Positions 38,128-50,298 of a stretch of DNA of 64,000 nt are shown piece after piece; within the stretch, counting starts at the first letter, position 1; each line of letters starts with the position of its first letter. The stretch spans positions 95,042-159,041 of the forward strand of contig CANRFQ010000001.1 of the NCBI GenBank assembly GCA_947629935.1, written 5' to 3'. The position numbers and the translations under genes were made by a program. A model generated the notes under the pieces. It ran no database searches, had not been told where the DNA came from, and was given only the letters and a program-made list of their open reading frames with translations. This DNA is from an uncultured Bacilli bacterium. GTDB taxonomy: Bacteria; Bacillota_I; Bacilli_A; RF39; UBA660.

Positions 38128-38814
38128 ATGAAGAAGTATTTTAGTGAATTTTTAGGAACAGCCATTTTAGTTTTATTTGGTTGTGGTACAGCTGCTTTAG
38201 CAGGTGCCTATGTTGGTACTTTAGGAGTTGCAATTGCTTTTGGTCTGGCTCTAATAGTAGCAGCCTCAATTATTGGTGAAATATCGGGTTGCCATATTAA
38301 TCCAGCTGTCAGTTTAGCTATGTTTCTTTTAAAGAAAATTGATTTAAAAGAATTTATAGGTTATGTTATTTCACAAATTTTAGGAGCTTTAGTAGGATCA
38401 TTCTTATTAATGTGGATTATTACTAGTGCTAATTTAGGAAGTATTCAAAGTGTTGGTTTAGGGGCAAATGGCTTTAAAGAACTTTCGAGTGTTAATTTAT
38501 CTATGGGTGGTGCTTTACTCGTAGAAATAATTTTAACAATTGTCTTTATTTTAACGGTTATTAAGGTCACAAGTGATAAAAATAAAGCTAATATAAGTGG
38601 TTTACTTATCGGTCTTGCCTTAACACTAGTTCATATTATTGGCATTCCTTTAACTGGTACCTCAGTAAATCCTGCGCGCAGTTTAGCACCTGCTATTTTA
38701 TTAGGAGGCAAAGCCCTTGCGCAAGTGTGGGTATTTATTGTCGGACCGCTTATTGGTTCACTTATCGCCGTCATAATTTATAAGTTCACATTAAAACCTC
38801 ATAAAGAAAAATAA
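38128..38814 (+). CDS. aquaporin / MIP-family channel
   Basis: Two NPA boxes (HINPAVSL and VNPARSLAP) and a six-TM layout. Confidence 0.9.
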   Translation: MKKYFSEFLGTAILVLFGCGTAALAGAYVGTLGVAIAFGLALIVAASIIGEISGCHINPAVSLAMFLLKKIDLKEFIGYVISQILGALVGSFLLMWIITSANLGSIQSVGLGANGFKELSSVNLSMGGALLVEIILTIVFILTVIKVTSDKNKANISGLLIGLALTLVHIIGIPLTGTSVNPARSLAPAILLGGKALAQVWVFIVGPLIGSLIAVIIYKFTLKPHKEK

Positions 38815-38840
38815 TCAGCAGCACGCTGATTTATTTTTTT
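38815..38840. terminator. bidirectional terminator
   Basis: ATCAGC-AGCAC-GCTGAT hairpin followed by TTATTTTTTTT. Confidence 0.6.
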
Positions 38841-39292
38841 TGATTTAAAATACGACGATATTTGTAATGTTCCTGGAAGTCCTTTACTGTGTCAATTAAT
38901 ATTTGAGCATCTATTTCTTTACTTTTTTCAGGTTCTACAATTATGATATCATCTTCTAAAAATTCATCCTGTTTTTTCAAAGCCACTTTGACAATCACAA
39001 AGCCATCTTGTTCATAAACATATCCAAAAGTAACACATTTATTATTATTTGCTGCTACACAACTCGTTAAAAATCGCAATTTTTCATAATAATATCTACT
39101 AAAATTAATATTAGCAAATTCGCCTCGTCCATCAAAAATAATTATATCACTAGTTAAATTTAATTCTTTACGTTGATGAGCTAGTAAGGCTCTTTCAACA
39201 CACTCTTCATATATTATATTATAATCTTTACTGATATTTTGTGGTTCATTAAAGGATATATAAAATATTTCTGGTAAATTTTCTGTCGTCAT
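38831..39292 (-). CDS. hypothetical protein
   Basis: 153-aa ORF with no motif recognised. Confidence 0.45.
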   Translation of the reverse strand: MTTENLPEIFYISFNEPQNISKDYNIIYEECVERALLAHQRKELNLTSDIIIFDGRGEFANINFSRYYYEKLRFLTSCVAANNNKCVTFGYVYEQDGFVIVKVALKKQDEFLEDDIIIVEPEKSKEIDAQILIDTVKDFQEHYKYRRILNQKK

Positions 39293-39369
39293 AATATCTC
39301 TCCTTAGTAAAATTATTATATATTTAGATATCTAATAAGTCAATTTAAAATACTAGAGAAATCTAGTAT

Positions 39370-41703
39370 TTAAATTTCAAATTGCGAATTATATAGATCG
39401 GCATAGAAACCTTTTTTTGCTATAAGTTCTTCATGGCTACCTGTTTCAATAATATTTCCATCCTTCATTACTAAAATTAAATCAGCATTTTTAATAGTAG
39501 AAAGACGATGGGCAATTATAAATGAAGTTCTACCTTCCGTTAATTTATCCATAGCCTTTTGGACTAATTCCTCCGTTCTAGTATCAACATTACTTGTAGC
39601 TTCATCTAAGATTAGGAAAGGCGTGTCTTCTAACATACCACGAGCAATAGTTAAAAGTTGTTTTTGACCAGCTGATATCGTATCATTATCAACAATTTTA
39701 GAATTGTAACCTTTTGGTAAAGTTTTAATAAAGTGATCAAGTCCTACAGTTTTACATACTTCTTTGACTTCTTCATCACTTATATTTTGACGATTATAAA
39801 TAATGTTTTCTTTCACTGTACCATCAAAAACCCAAGTATCTTGTAAGACCATCGTAAATAAATCATGAACATTTTCGCGAGTTAATTCTTTCGTAGATAT
39901 ACCATCAATCAAAATATCTCCACTATCTATTTCATAAAATTTCATTAGTAAATTAACCATTGTGGTTTTTCCAGCGCCGGTTGGACCCACAATTGCAATT
40001 TTTTCACCCGCATGGGCCACAGCACTAAAGTTTTTGATTGTAGGCTTATCATTGCCATCATATTTAAAAACAACATTTTTAAATTCAATATTTCCTTTAA
40101 CTTTCGAACGAGAAAGCGATTTAATAATATTTTTTTCATTATTCATTTCTTCTTCATCAATAAAAGCAAAGACACGCTCACTAGCGGCGGCAGTTGATTG
40201 CATCGCCGTCATAGCTTGAGCTATTTGTGATAATGGTGAAGTAAATAGTCTTACATAAGTAATAAAAGCCACAATAACACCAAAGCTAATTTGATTTTTC
40301 ATTGTCAATACGGCCCCAACAATACATACTGCTACATATCCTAAATTACCAATAAATCCCATCATTGGCATCATTAAACCTGATAAGAACTGACTTTTAC
40401 GATTAGCTTCATAAACTTTTTTATTATATTCATCAAATTTACGATCTGCTTCTTTAGAGCCATTGTAGGCTTTAACAACATTTAAGCCGGAATAAATCTC
40501 TTCGATATGACCATTTAAATTTCCTAGTTCTTCCTGACGAGCACTAAAATACTTTTGGGATCTTCCCAACACTTGGGACATAAACAAAAATCCTAAAAAA
40601 CTTGATAAAATTGCTGTTATAGCCATTATCCAATTAGTATAAAACATCATGATAATACTTCCCAAAAATAACGTTAAAGCTGACACTAAAGTAGCTAAAG
40701 ATTGGTTCATATTCATCGCAATCATATCGACATCATTTGTTACTCTAGATAAAATATCCCCTGTTGAATGTCGATCAAAATACTTCAGTGGTAAACGATT
40801 AATTTTATTCGAAATTCGTGTTCTTAGACTTTTGGCAAATTTATTAGAAACATCAGTCATAGAAATTTGTTCAATATAAGTAAACAAAGCACTACTTAAA
40901 TACATGGCAATTAAGATAATACCTATAGTTTTAATTGCTTTCATACTCATTTTTGGTTCAATTACTTGTTTAATATGCTTTGGAGCCTTATCTAACTGTT
41001 TATAAAGTTGAGTTTGGTCTTCTCCTACTTTGCTCATAAGCTCTAAAAATTTGGCTTGATCTTGGGAAGTTATTTGCACCTTATCCACAGTAATTTCAGA
41101 AAATAAAACCTTTTCAATATTCGTCGGAATGTCTATTTCTTTTTGAGCCTCGATATTTTGAGAAGCTTTTAAAAATGCTATCTTATCTTGCGTTGTTATA
41201 GCAACATCTTGATAAATACTATCTTGTAATAAAACTTCTAAAACACTAGTTGGTAAATTGGTAAGGTTTTGCACAAAATCTTCTTGTTTACTTGTTTGAA
41301 TCTCATTTAAAAATTTATTAAATTCTTCTTTATCTTCGGAAGTAATTGAACTAGACGCCATAATAGCAAAAGATGTTTTTTCATTTAATTGAATATCTAA
41401 AATAGCATTTAGCCTATCATTATTTGATAACGAAGAGGTAATATCTTTAGTTAATTTTTCTAAATTTTTTGTATTAACAATTAAGCCCTTCGAGATTTCA
41501 TCAGTTAAATCCGCCAGACGGTTTGGGGCCATAATCGATAAAGCAGCTCCTGCAATTGCTAAAATCATCGATAAAGTGATTAAAAACTTAAATGGTTTTA
41601 ATTCCTTTAAAAGACGCATGATAGAACTTTTAAAATTTTTAGCTTTTTGTAAAGGAGCCATTGGCCCTCTTGGAGGTCTTTTTACATGTTTTTCTTCTTT
41701 CAT
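39370..41703 (-). CDS. ABC exporter subunit (permease plus ATPase) with a large repeat-containing extracytoplasmic loop
   Basis: Walker A (GPTGAGKTT), ABC signature (ISAGQKQL) and Walker B (ILDEATS). A ~190-aa insertion between TM1 and TM2 contains ITTQDKIAFLKAS / ITSQDQAKFLELMS repeats. Confidence 0.85.
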   Translation of the reverse strand: MKEEKHVKRPPRGPMAPLQKAKNFKSSIMRLLKELKPFKFLITLSMILAIAGAALSIMAPNRLADLTDEISKGLIVNTKNLEKLTKDITSSLSNNDRLNAILDIQLNEKTSFAIMASSSITSEDKEEFNKFLNEIQTSKQEDFVQNLTNLPTSVLEVLLQDSIYQDVAITTQDKIAFLKASQNIEAQKEIDIPTNIEKVLFSEITVDKVQITSQDQAKFLELMSKVGEDQTQLYKQLDKAPKHIKQVIEPKMSMKAIKTIGIILIAMYLSSALFTYIEQISMTDVSNKFAKSLRTRISNKINRLPLKYFDRHSTGDILSRVTNDVDMIAMNMNQSLATLVSALTLFLGSIIMMFYTNWIMAITAILSSFLGFLFMSQVLGRSQKYFSARQEELGNLNGHIEEIYSGLNVVKAYNGSKEADRKFDEYNKKVYEANRKSQFLSGLMMPMMGFIGNLGYVAVCIVGAVLTMKNQISFGVIVAFITYVRLFTSPLSQIAQAMTAMQSTAAASERVFAFIDEEEMNNEKNIIKSLSRSKVKGNIEFKNVVFKYDGNDKPTIKNFSAVAHAGEKIAIVGPTGAGKTTMVNLLMKFYEIDSGDILIDGISTKELTRENVHDLFTMVLQDTWVFDGTVKENIIYNRQNISDEEVKEVCKTVGLDHFIKTLPKGYNSKIVDNDTISAGQKQLLTIARGMLEDTPFLILDEATSNVDTRTEELVQKAMDKLTEGRTSFIIAHRLSTIKNADLILVMKDGNIIETGSHEELIAKKGFYADLYNSQFEI

Positions 41704-43457
41704 TTTGCTAACTCCTCCTCTGATATTTGGGATAAGGCAATTTGTTTATAAACTTCACAATTTTGTAATAACTCTTTGTGAGTGCCTATTCCCACACATT
41801 TACCATTATCTAAAACTATTATTTGATCAGCATGCATAATAGTACCAATTCTTTGGGCAACAATTAAAGTCGTTGCCTCTTTTGTATATTTTTTTAATTC
41901 TTTTCGTAATGTAGCATCCGTTTTATAATCTAAGGCCGAAAACGAATCATCAAAGATATAAATTTCGGGATCTTTAGCAATAGCTCGTGCAATGGCTAAT
42001 CGTTGTTTTTGCCCTCCTGATATATTTGTACCTCTAGCGGCAATATGCGAATCGTATTTATCATCCATTTTTAAAACAAATTCTTCTGCTTGGGCAATTT
42101 TAATCGCTTCTTTAATTTTTTTATCACTAATCTTTTTTCCATTATCACCATAAGCAACATTCTCTTTAACAGTTCCATTAAACAATACCGCTTTTTGAGG
42201 AACATACCCTATTTTATTATGTAAATCCGTTTGTTTATAGTCCTTAATATTAATTCCATCTACGAAAATTTCACCTTTAGTTACATCATAAAAACGCGGA
42301 ATTAAATTAATAAGAGTTGATTTACCACTACCCGTAGAACCAATAAAAGCTACTGTTTGCCCTTTTTCTACTTTAAACGAAATATCTTCCAGCAAGTACT
42401 CTTCAGCATCGGGATACATAAAGCTCACATTTTTAAATTCTACTGTGCCTTTTTGCTTAGTTTCCAAGCTTTCTTGTTGGCCATCCATAATAGTGATATC
42501 TTCATCTAATACTTCTCTAATACGTTTGGCTGAAATACTGGCTCTTGGCATCATCATAAAAATCATAGCTAGCATTAAAAAGGACATAATTACTTGCATA
42601 GCATATGATGAGAAAACAACCATATCACCAAACAAAGAAATTTTATCAGCCAATAATGCACCATCAATTAAATTAGCACCAATTAAATAGATAAATAAAG
42701 TTAGAAAATACATAACCAAATACATAATCGGCATCATAATAGCAAAAGTTTTTTGATTAAATAATTGTTGTTTAGTTAATTTATTATTAACATCATCAAA
42801 TTTATCTTGTTGGAATTTCTCCGCATTAAAAGCTCTAATTACTCTAATACCTGTTAGATTTTCTCTAGTTACTCCGTTAACTTTATCAATTAATTTTTGA
42901 ACAATTTTAAATCTGGGCATAACAATAGCAGTAATTATACCAATAACTGTAAGCAAAATAATAACAGCAATCCCAGTAAGCATACTCCATTCCCAACTTT
43001 TATTTAAAATCTTCGTAATCGCCCAAATGGCTGTAATAGGAGCTTTAATCAACAATTGGACTCCCATTGCTAAAAACATTTCAATTTGGGTAATATCATT
43101 TGTTGTTCGCGTAATTAAGCTAGATGTACTAAATTGTTTTACTTCATGCATAGCCAAATTTTCGACTTTAGTAAATAATTTTTTACGAGTTTCTAAGGAA
43201 AACAAAGCAGCCACATTAGCAATAAAATAACCAACAATAATAGCCGATATTAAGCTTCCTAAAGCACATAACATCATAAAGCCCCCATTTTTTAAAATTT
43301 CGGCCATTTTACTACCCTCAGTTTGCACTAAAACAGTTATTTCTGACATGTAATCAGGCATTTTTAATTCCAACCATACTTGGGCAAAAATTAAAATAAA
43401 ACTGATAGCTATAAATAAGTAAACCTTTTTATTCAATCCTTTTAATAATTTAAGCAT
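41700..43457 (-). CDS. ABC exporter subunit (permease plus ATPase), partner of the downstream gene
   Basis: Walker A (GSTGSGKST), signature (ISGGQKQRL) and Walker B (IFDDSFS). A 4-nt overlap with the next gene indicates a heterodimeric type I exporter. Confidence 0.85.
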   Translation of the reverse strand: MLKLLKGLNKKVYLFIAISFILIFAQVWLELKMPDYMSEITVLVQTEGSKMAEILKNGGFMMLCALGSLISAIIVGYFIANVAALFSLETRKKLFTKVENLAMHEVKQFSTSSLITRTTNDITQIEMFLAMGVQLLIKAPITAIWAITKILNKSWEWSMLTGIAVIILLTVIGIITAIVMPRFKIVQKLIDKVNGVTRENLTGIRVIRAFNAEKFQQDKFDDVNNKLTKQQLFNQKTFAIMMPIMYLVMYFLTLFIYLIGANLIDGALLADKISLFGDMVVFSSYAMQVIMSFLMLAMIFMMMPRASISAKRIREVLDEDITIMDGQQESLETKQKGTVEFKNVSFMYPDAEEYLLEDISFKVEKGQTVAFIGSTGSGKSTLINLIPRFYDVTKGEIFVDGINIKDYKQTDLHNKIGYVPQKAVLFNGTVKENVAYGDNGKKISDKKIKEAIKIAQAEEFVLKMDDKYDSHIAARGTNISGGQKQRLAIARAIAKDPEIYIFDDSFSALDYKTDATLRKELKKYTKEATTLIVAQRIGTIMHADQIIVLDNGKCVGIGTHKELLQNCEVYKQIALSQISEEELAK

Positions 43458-43578
43458 TTTTACCTCCTTATTTATTTAAAACACACCATATAACATATTA
43501 GACATTTTACCAAAATATGTCAAGTTTGCGGGATAAATTTTCGTTTAAAAAAAGAAAAAGTGGCAATAATAATTTTAG

Positions 43579-43779
43579 GTGATTAAAATGAAAAATAAAG
43601 GTTGTAGTAAATGTGAGGAAAGCACTTTACAAGGACGTGCTTATATTGATGAAGAAACAGGTATATTATGTGTTTCTTTAGAAGAAAAATATGAAAAACC
43701 GAAAGGCAAAAAAGTTTTAGTTCCCTTTGTTTGTACAACCTGCGGAGAAACTACTTGGAAAACAATTGATAATGAGTAA
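43579..43779 (+). CDS. small zinc-ribbon protein
   Basis: 66 aa with two CxxC pairs (CSKCEES and CTTCGET). Confidence 0.45.
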   Translation: MIKMKNKGCSKCEESTLQGRAYIDEETGILCVSLEEKYEKPKGKKVLVPFVCTTCGETTWKTIDNE

Positions 43780-43855
43780 AAGCCGACCTTAGGTCTTTTT
43801 TTATTGACTATATTTTGAATTATAATATAATATTATCTACCTGAGGGGTGGCAAT

Positions 43856-44722
43856 ATGCAAAATTTTACGAATGCTAAAACGAAAATTATAAATTTACAA
43901 CCTAATTATTTTGACAAAAATCATTTCCCGGAAAAACAAATTACTTCCGCTATTGCTCATAAAATAAGTGAGCAAACCGGATTACCTCTCAAACATATAT
44001 GGTCAGGTGACACAATTGAGTGGTTTGATTATGTACTAAATTGGTATAACATAGATGGTAAATGGTTTTATTTTAAATGGGCAAAAGGCCTAAAAAGTAT
44101 TATTAATGAATTAATGGGTGAAGTTATTTCAAAATATTTTAATCTAGAAAGCGCGCACTATATACTAGCAAAATTAGACCATAAAGAGGGTGTAATTAGT
44201 CAAAACTTTTGCTGTAAAGATTTTTCTTATAAAACTAGCAGGGAATTAAAATTTACAGGGCAAATTAATTTAGATATTCTAAATAAGATTAAGGATAATC
44301 CTAACCTACCTAATAGTGAGTTATTGTTAGAAGATATTAAAAAATTATTTATTAGAGATTTTTATACTATACAAAATGATAGAAATAATAATAATCTTTT
44401 ATTTAAGTGTCAAAAAAATAGTATAAGAATGGCACCATTATTTGATTATGAGATGGCTTTTGACCCCTACACTAACTTTCATTGTTACCGTAATGTTTTA
44501 GGAACATTATATTTAGATTTTATAGAAACTCGCCAATTAGTTATTAACGATGACTTTTTTCAAAAACTCTTACTATTACTTATGGACGCTCGCATGCCAC
44601 TTTTTATACAAGAAGTAGAAGATATTAATGAAATAATAATACCCAAACATATTAAAGAGACATACCTCCAAAGTGACTTACTAGTTAAAAAATATATTAA
44701 AAATATTAAGGTAATCCGTTAG
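43856..44722 (+). CDS. hypothetical protein, possibly kinase-like
   Basis: 288 aa. A DRNNNNLLF segment resembles a kinase catalytic loop and is followed by FDYEMAF. Weak evidence. Confidence 0.45.
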   Translation: MQNFTNAKTKIINLQPNYFDKNHFPEKQITSAIAHKISEQTGLPLKHIWSGDTIEWFDYVLNWYNIDGKWFYFKWAKGLKSIINELMGEVISKYFNLESAHYILAKLDHKEGVISQNFCCKDFSYKTSRELKFTGQINLDILNKIKDNPNLPNSELLLEDIKKLFIRDFYTIQNDRNNNNLLFKCQKNSIRMAPLFDYEMAFDPYTNFHCYRNVLGTLYLDFIETRQLVINDDFFQKLLLLLMDARMPLFIQEVEDINEIIIPKHIKETYLQSDLLVKKYIKNIKVIR

Positions 44723-44824
44723 TTAATTTTATACATTTTTTGATGCGACTAACATACTATATTAGTAGTTAGTTCAATTGACAAATGCCTCTTATTAGTG
44801 TAAAATCAAAATGTATTTAAAAAA

Positions 44825-44899
44825 CGGGTCTATAGCCAAGTGGTAAGGCGTGGGACTGCAACTCCCTGATGCGTTGGTTCAAATCCGACTAGGCCCTCC
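44825..44899 (+). tRNA. tRNA-Cys (GCA)
   Basis: Acceptor GGGTCTA/TAGGCCC (one G-U pair), D-arm AGCCAAGTGGTAAGGC, anticodon loop CTGCAAC, T-arm GGTTCAAATCC and an encoded CCA. Confidence 0.85.
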
Positions 44900-45009
44900 A
44901 GTGGGAAATCTGTCCGAACTTTATAAGTTCAGACTTAAAGTATAAACGTATCAATTTCTAAGAAGTTGGTACTTTTTTATTGTTTTAAGTTAAGAAAGGA
45001 TAGGTTTAT

Positions 45010-45285
45010 ATGATTAAGATTACAAAGAAAGAATTAGAGTTTGATAAAGAATTAAAGAAAAAGATTTTATTTATATGTGATTTTTGTAATGCTAAACCCA
45101 CTATTATTAATGGGAAAATTCGCAAAATCGAAAAAACAAACTTAACTTATATAGAGCCACATAGAGTTATTATTAAAGATACTACTTTTTTAATTTTTAA
45201 TTATTCTAATACTTTGTATATTGATAATTTATCAAATAAGATAGAATTAAAAGATTTAGAAGCCTACATAAAGCAATTAAACTAG
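45010..45285 (+). CDS. hypothetical small protein
   Basis: 91 aa with AAGGA SD upstream. Confidence 0.4.
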   Translation: MIKITKKELEFDKELKKKILFICDFCNAKPTIINGKIRKIEKTNLTYIEPHRVIIKDTTFLIFNYSNTLYIDNLSNKIELKDLEAYIKQLN

Positions 45286-45529
45286 AATTATAAAATAAGT
45301 GCCAGCTTTCTTTAAAAACTTGAAAAAAGCCTTAAAATTAGCTTATGTCTTGACTTTTAAATAAAATTATATATAATAACAACCAAGAAACAAGTTTTAT
45401 GTTTTGTGGGTTAATATAAAACAAGTTAAAAATTAATTATAACCTTTAGAGGTGTCAAAGACATAAAATTGTTTTTAAGTCTTTGTCGCCTCTTTTTTAA
45501 TAAAAAAGATAGAAAGGAATTTAAACTAA

Positions 45530-47374
<1,845 letters not shown>

Positions 47375-47724
47375 AAATTTATAGCTATAATTTTAATAAT
47401 TAAAAAAGGTGAAAATTGCTAGGTAGTTGAAAAATAGTTGATATGAAAGCCTTATAAATAAAGGGTTAAAATGGTTTTGTTACTAAATTTCAACTATAAA
47501 AAGGTATAAAATAGTTGTTTTCGCAAGTGCGAAAATGGTTGGTGGTGCATCTACGATATGGAAAAACCCTTTATTTTAAAGGGTTTTGAAATTTCGTGGT
47601 GCATTCCCATATCCTGTTGTATTTAAAAAAATAGCTATTTTTTTTTATAACATTAAAATTTAATAAAAAAATAAGATTAGATATAATATTTTTAAAAGAT
47701 AAAATAAGTGGCAATTTTTATCTT

Positions 47725-48180
47725 TTATTTTTCTATTTTCCCTTTACCACAAATCTCATTAATAGAAACTTTAAATTCCTTACAAAACTTATAAAGATTT
47801 GAAGTTGATATACAAATTAAACCTTTTTCATATCTAGTAATACAAGCTTGTGTTACACCTAAAATATCTGCAATGTTTTCTTGTGATAATTTATTTTTAA
47901 TTCTTACTGCTTTTAAATTATTTCCTAAAATTTTCAAATTTAAACCTTTAATTAAATTCTTATGAGAACTATTATTACTTAAACCTAAAACATAGTCTAA
48001 ACTATAATTAAAATAATCAGCAAATTCACATAAAAATTTAAGAGGAATAATATTGATTCCTAATTCCCATAAAGAATATCTGGAACGATTAACTTTTAAT
48101 ATTTCAGATATTTTGTTTTGACTTATGTCTTTATCTTCTCTAATATCTTTGAGTCTAGTAAAATCTATCATATTCATCAC
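47725..48180 (-). CDS. XRE-family HTH transcriptional regulator (two HTH_3-like modules), repressor-like
   Basis: SQNKISEILKVNRSRYSLWE and SQENIADILGVTQACITRYE helix-turn-helix cores. Confidence 0.7.
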   Translation of the reverse strand: MMNMIDFTRLKDIREDKDISQNKISEILKVNRSRYSLWELGINIIPLKFLCEFADYFNYSLDYVLGLSNNSSHKNLIKGLNLKILGNNLKAVRIKNKLSQENIADILGVTQACITRYEKGLICISTSNLYKFCKEFKVSINEICGKGKIEK

Positions 48181-48288
48181 CTATATTTAATTTTCCCATT
48201 ATGTGAATTAAATACAGGTAAATTGCTATTATGAGTTATTATTTTATGCTATTCTGTGTTATAATTTCTTATGAAAGGATAAGGTAAT

Positions 48289-48582
48289 ATGGAAAAAAAT
48301 AAAAATGAAAGTGAACTCACAAATAAAGTAATAAATTTATGTTTACTTAATAGCATAGAAGAGTCTGAACTATATATTAATTTTTTAAAAAATCAGATAG
48401 AACTTGATAAAAAATATATTCAATATTTAGAAGACTCTAAACCATTATTTTTTCGAAGAAAAAAATTAAAGGAACATAATAAAGAAATTGAAGAATATCA
48501 AACTAAAATTAAAAATACTTATTTAAAAATTGCCGAAGAATTCGAAGAAATAAAAAAAATTCAGAAGGGAATTTCTGAATAA
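48289..48582 (+). CDS. hypothetical coiled-coil protein
   Basis: 97 aa, transcribed divergently from the XRE regulator. Confidence 0.4.
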   Translation: MEKNKNESELTNKVINLCLLNSIEESELYINFLKNQIELDKKYIQYLEDSKPLFFRRKKLKEHNKEIEEYQTKIKNTYLKIAEEFEEIKKIQKGISE

Positions 48583-48749
48583 TTTCTTCTAATTTATATT
48601 ATTTAGATCTGAAAATTTTACAAAATTTATTAAAATTCAGCATTTTGCTATTGCAAATAATAAAATTCATTATTAAAATAATAATAGAAATTGATATTAA
48701 ATAATTAATTTCTCATTAACGAGAAAAAGTTTGAAACAACTTTACCACT

Positions 48750-48886
48750 CGCTCCAATGTTGATTATTACTCGATTTATTTCATTTCGAGAATTATAAAT
48801 GCTAACTAGAAATAGTTAGTTTTTTAATTATTAATAAGATAGTAAAAAACAAAGAAATATTAAAAAACAAACAAATTTTAAATGCT
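48750..48886 (+). repeat. ~135-bp repeat copy 1 (two hairpins; candidate sRNA with intrinsic terminator)
   Basis: About 88% identical to 50132-50265. Contains CTCGA...TCGAG hairpin and a perfect palindrome CTAACTAGAAATAGTTAG followed by TTTTTT. Confidence 0.6.
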
Positions 48887-49027
48887 CAGCTTTTTATAAA
48901 AACCATTTTACCGAAATGATAATAACAACTTCGCTATTGTCAAAGCCAATAATGATGTTAAAAGGAAATTCCCTTTTGAAACCCTTGTTCACTGAATCTT
49001 TCTATGGCTTTAATTAACAATTAAATA

Positions 49028-49957
49028 TTAATTTTTATATTTTAGATTATCTAATATTGTTTGCATTAAATTATCAAGTGAAATAGTTATTTGATCTTGT
49101 TTTAAATCTATAATACCTATTTTTAATTGTTCTGTTGGCATAGTAAAAGGACCAGCCCCTAAACTTAATTGATAAAAATCATGCATTTTTGGTTCAACAA
49201 AATATGCAATAAAATTTCTAATCACTTTCTTTTGGTTTTGAACATTTATAATCATATCTTGAACATATAATTTAAAATTAAATATACCATTATTATAATC
49301 TTTATAATATATAAAACTATTATCTACATCTTCACAACCATTATTCTTCATAAATTGTTTAGTATTATTTATTACTAAATCAATTCTTTTTTCAAATTGT
49401 CCATCTTCAATATATCCATCTGATGTTAATTGTTCCATAAATCCTCGTCCAGAAGCCAATAATATAGTTTGTGGATTATTGTCATTTTGTATTTGAAAAT
49501 CATTTAAAATAGGAATAAATAATTGTTCTGCATGCATTCTATAATTCATTATTCTTGCCATATCATTTGCAACATGTTGTATATCTTTACTTTGATAATT
49601 TAAAAATTCATTTTTTACACTTTTTAAATCATCTTTTCTTTGTATTATTTGTTTTGTAAATTCATTAAACTTTGACTTATTTTTTGCTAAATTTTCTAAA
49701 TCTTCAATTGCTTCTTCTTTATCTTCATAAGTTGTATTCACAAAGTTATCTATTGTAGTAAACCAAAATGGGTCATCATTTCCTAACAATTGTTTTAACC
49801 TATTCTCATAAGTGATATCAATATTTTCATTAAAATTAGGATTTCTAAATTTCATTTCATTATTACATTTAGGACATCTAATCAATTTGAATTTTTCGTT
49901 ATCATTCCATTCTAAACTTAACTCATTACCACACAAACATTTTTCAACCATAGTCAT
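49028..49957 (-). CDS. hypothetical protein with N-terminal zinc ribbon
   Basis: 309 aa. CLCGN...CPKCNN zinc ribbon. Flanked by the two repeat copies. Confidence 0.5.
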   Translation of the reverse strand: MTMVEKCLCGNELSLEWNDNEKFKLIRCPKCNNEMKFRNPNFNENIDITYENRLKQLLGNDDPFWFTTIDNFVNTTYEDKEEAIEDLENLAKNKSKFNEFTKQIIQRKDDLKSVKNEFLNYQSKDIQHVANDMARIMNYRMHAEQLFIPILNDFQIQNDNNPQTILLASGRGFMEQLTSDGYIEDGQFEKRIDLVINNTKQFMKNNGCEDVDNSFIYYKDYNNGIFNFKLYVQDMIINVQNQKKVIRNFIAYFVEPKMHDFYQLSLGAGPFTMPTEQLKIGIIDLKQDQITISLDNLMQTILDNLKYKN

Positions 49958-50131
49958 ATCATTACCTCCATCAATATTTTATCATAAAAATATCGCTTTT
50001 AAGCAACGTATTTGTAAAAAATATACAAAATTGTTAGTTAAATGTAAAATATGGAATATAATTATATTAGTCATAGTTATTACTACCTATTATTAAGCAT
50101 GAGAAAGGTTATTCGACTTCGTCTTTATACG

Positions 50132-50265
50132 CTCCAATATTGATTGTTACTCGATCTATTTTATTTCGAGAGTTATAAATACTACCTAGAAATAGTTAGT
50201 TTTTTAATTATTAATAAGATAGTAAAAACAAATAGATATTAAAAAGCAAGCAAATTTTAAATGCT
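50132..50265 (+). repeat. ~135-bp repeat copy 2
   Basis: Aligned to copy 1 with about 15 substitutions. The terminator palindrome is weakened in this copy (CTACCT vs AGTTAG). Confidence 0.6.
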
Positions 50266-50298
50266 TGATTTAGACATTTTATGATACTAGAATGCCTA

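Noticed and set aside
44900-44945. Inverted repeat GTCCGAACTT-TATAA-GTTCAGAC right after tRNA-Cys as the island att site
   Set aside because: It could equally be the tRNA terminator stem, and no second copy was found at the far end of the island by eye. Kept only as a note within the island finding.
47375-47724. Cluster of palindromes downstream of the island integrase (AAACCCTTTATTTTAAAGGGTTT; TTCGCAAGTGCGAA)
   Set aside because: They lie between convergent genes and are followed by T-runs. Most simply they are bidirectional terminators rather than att or operator sites.
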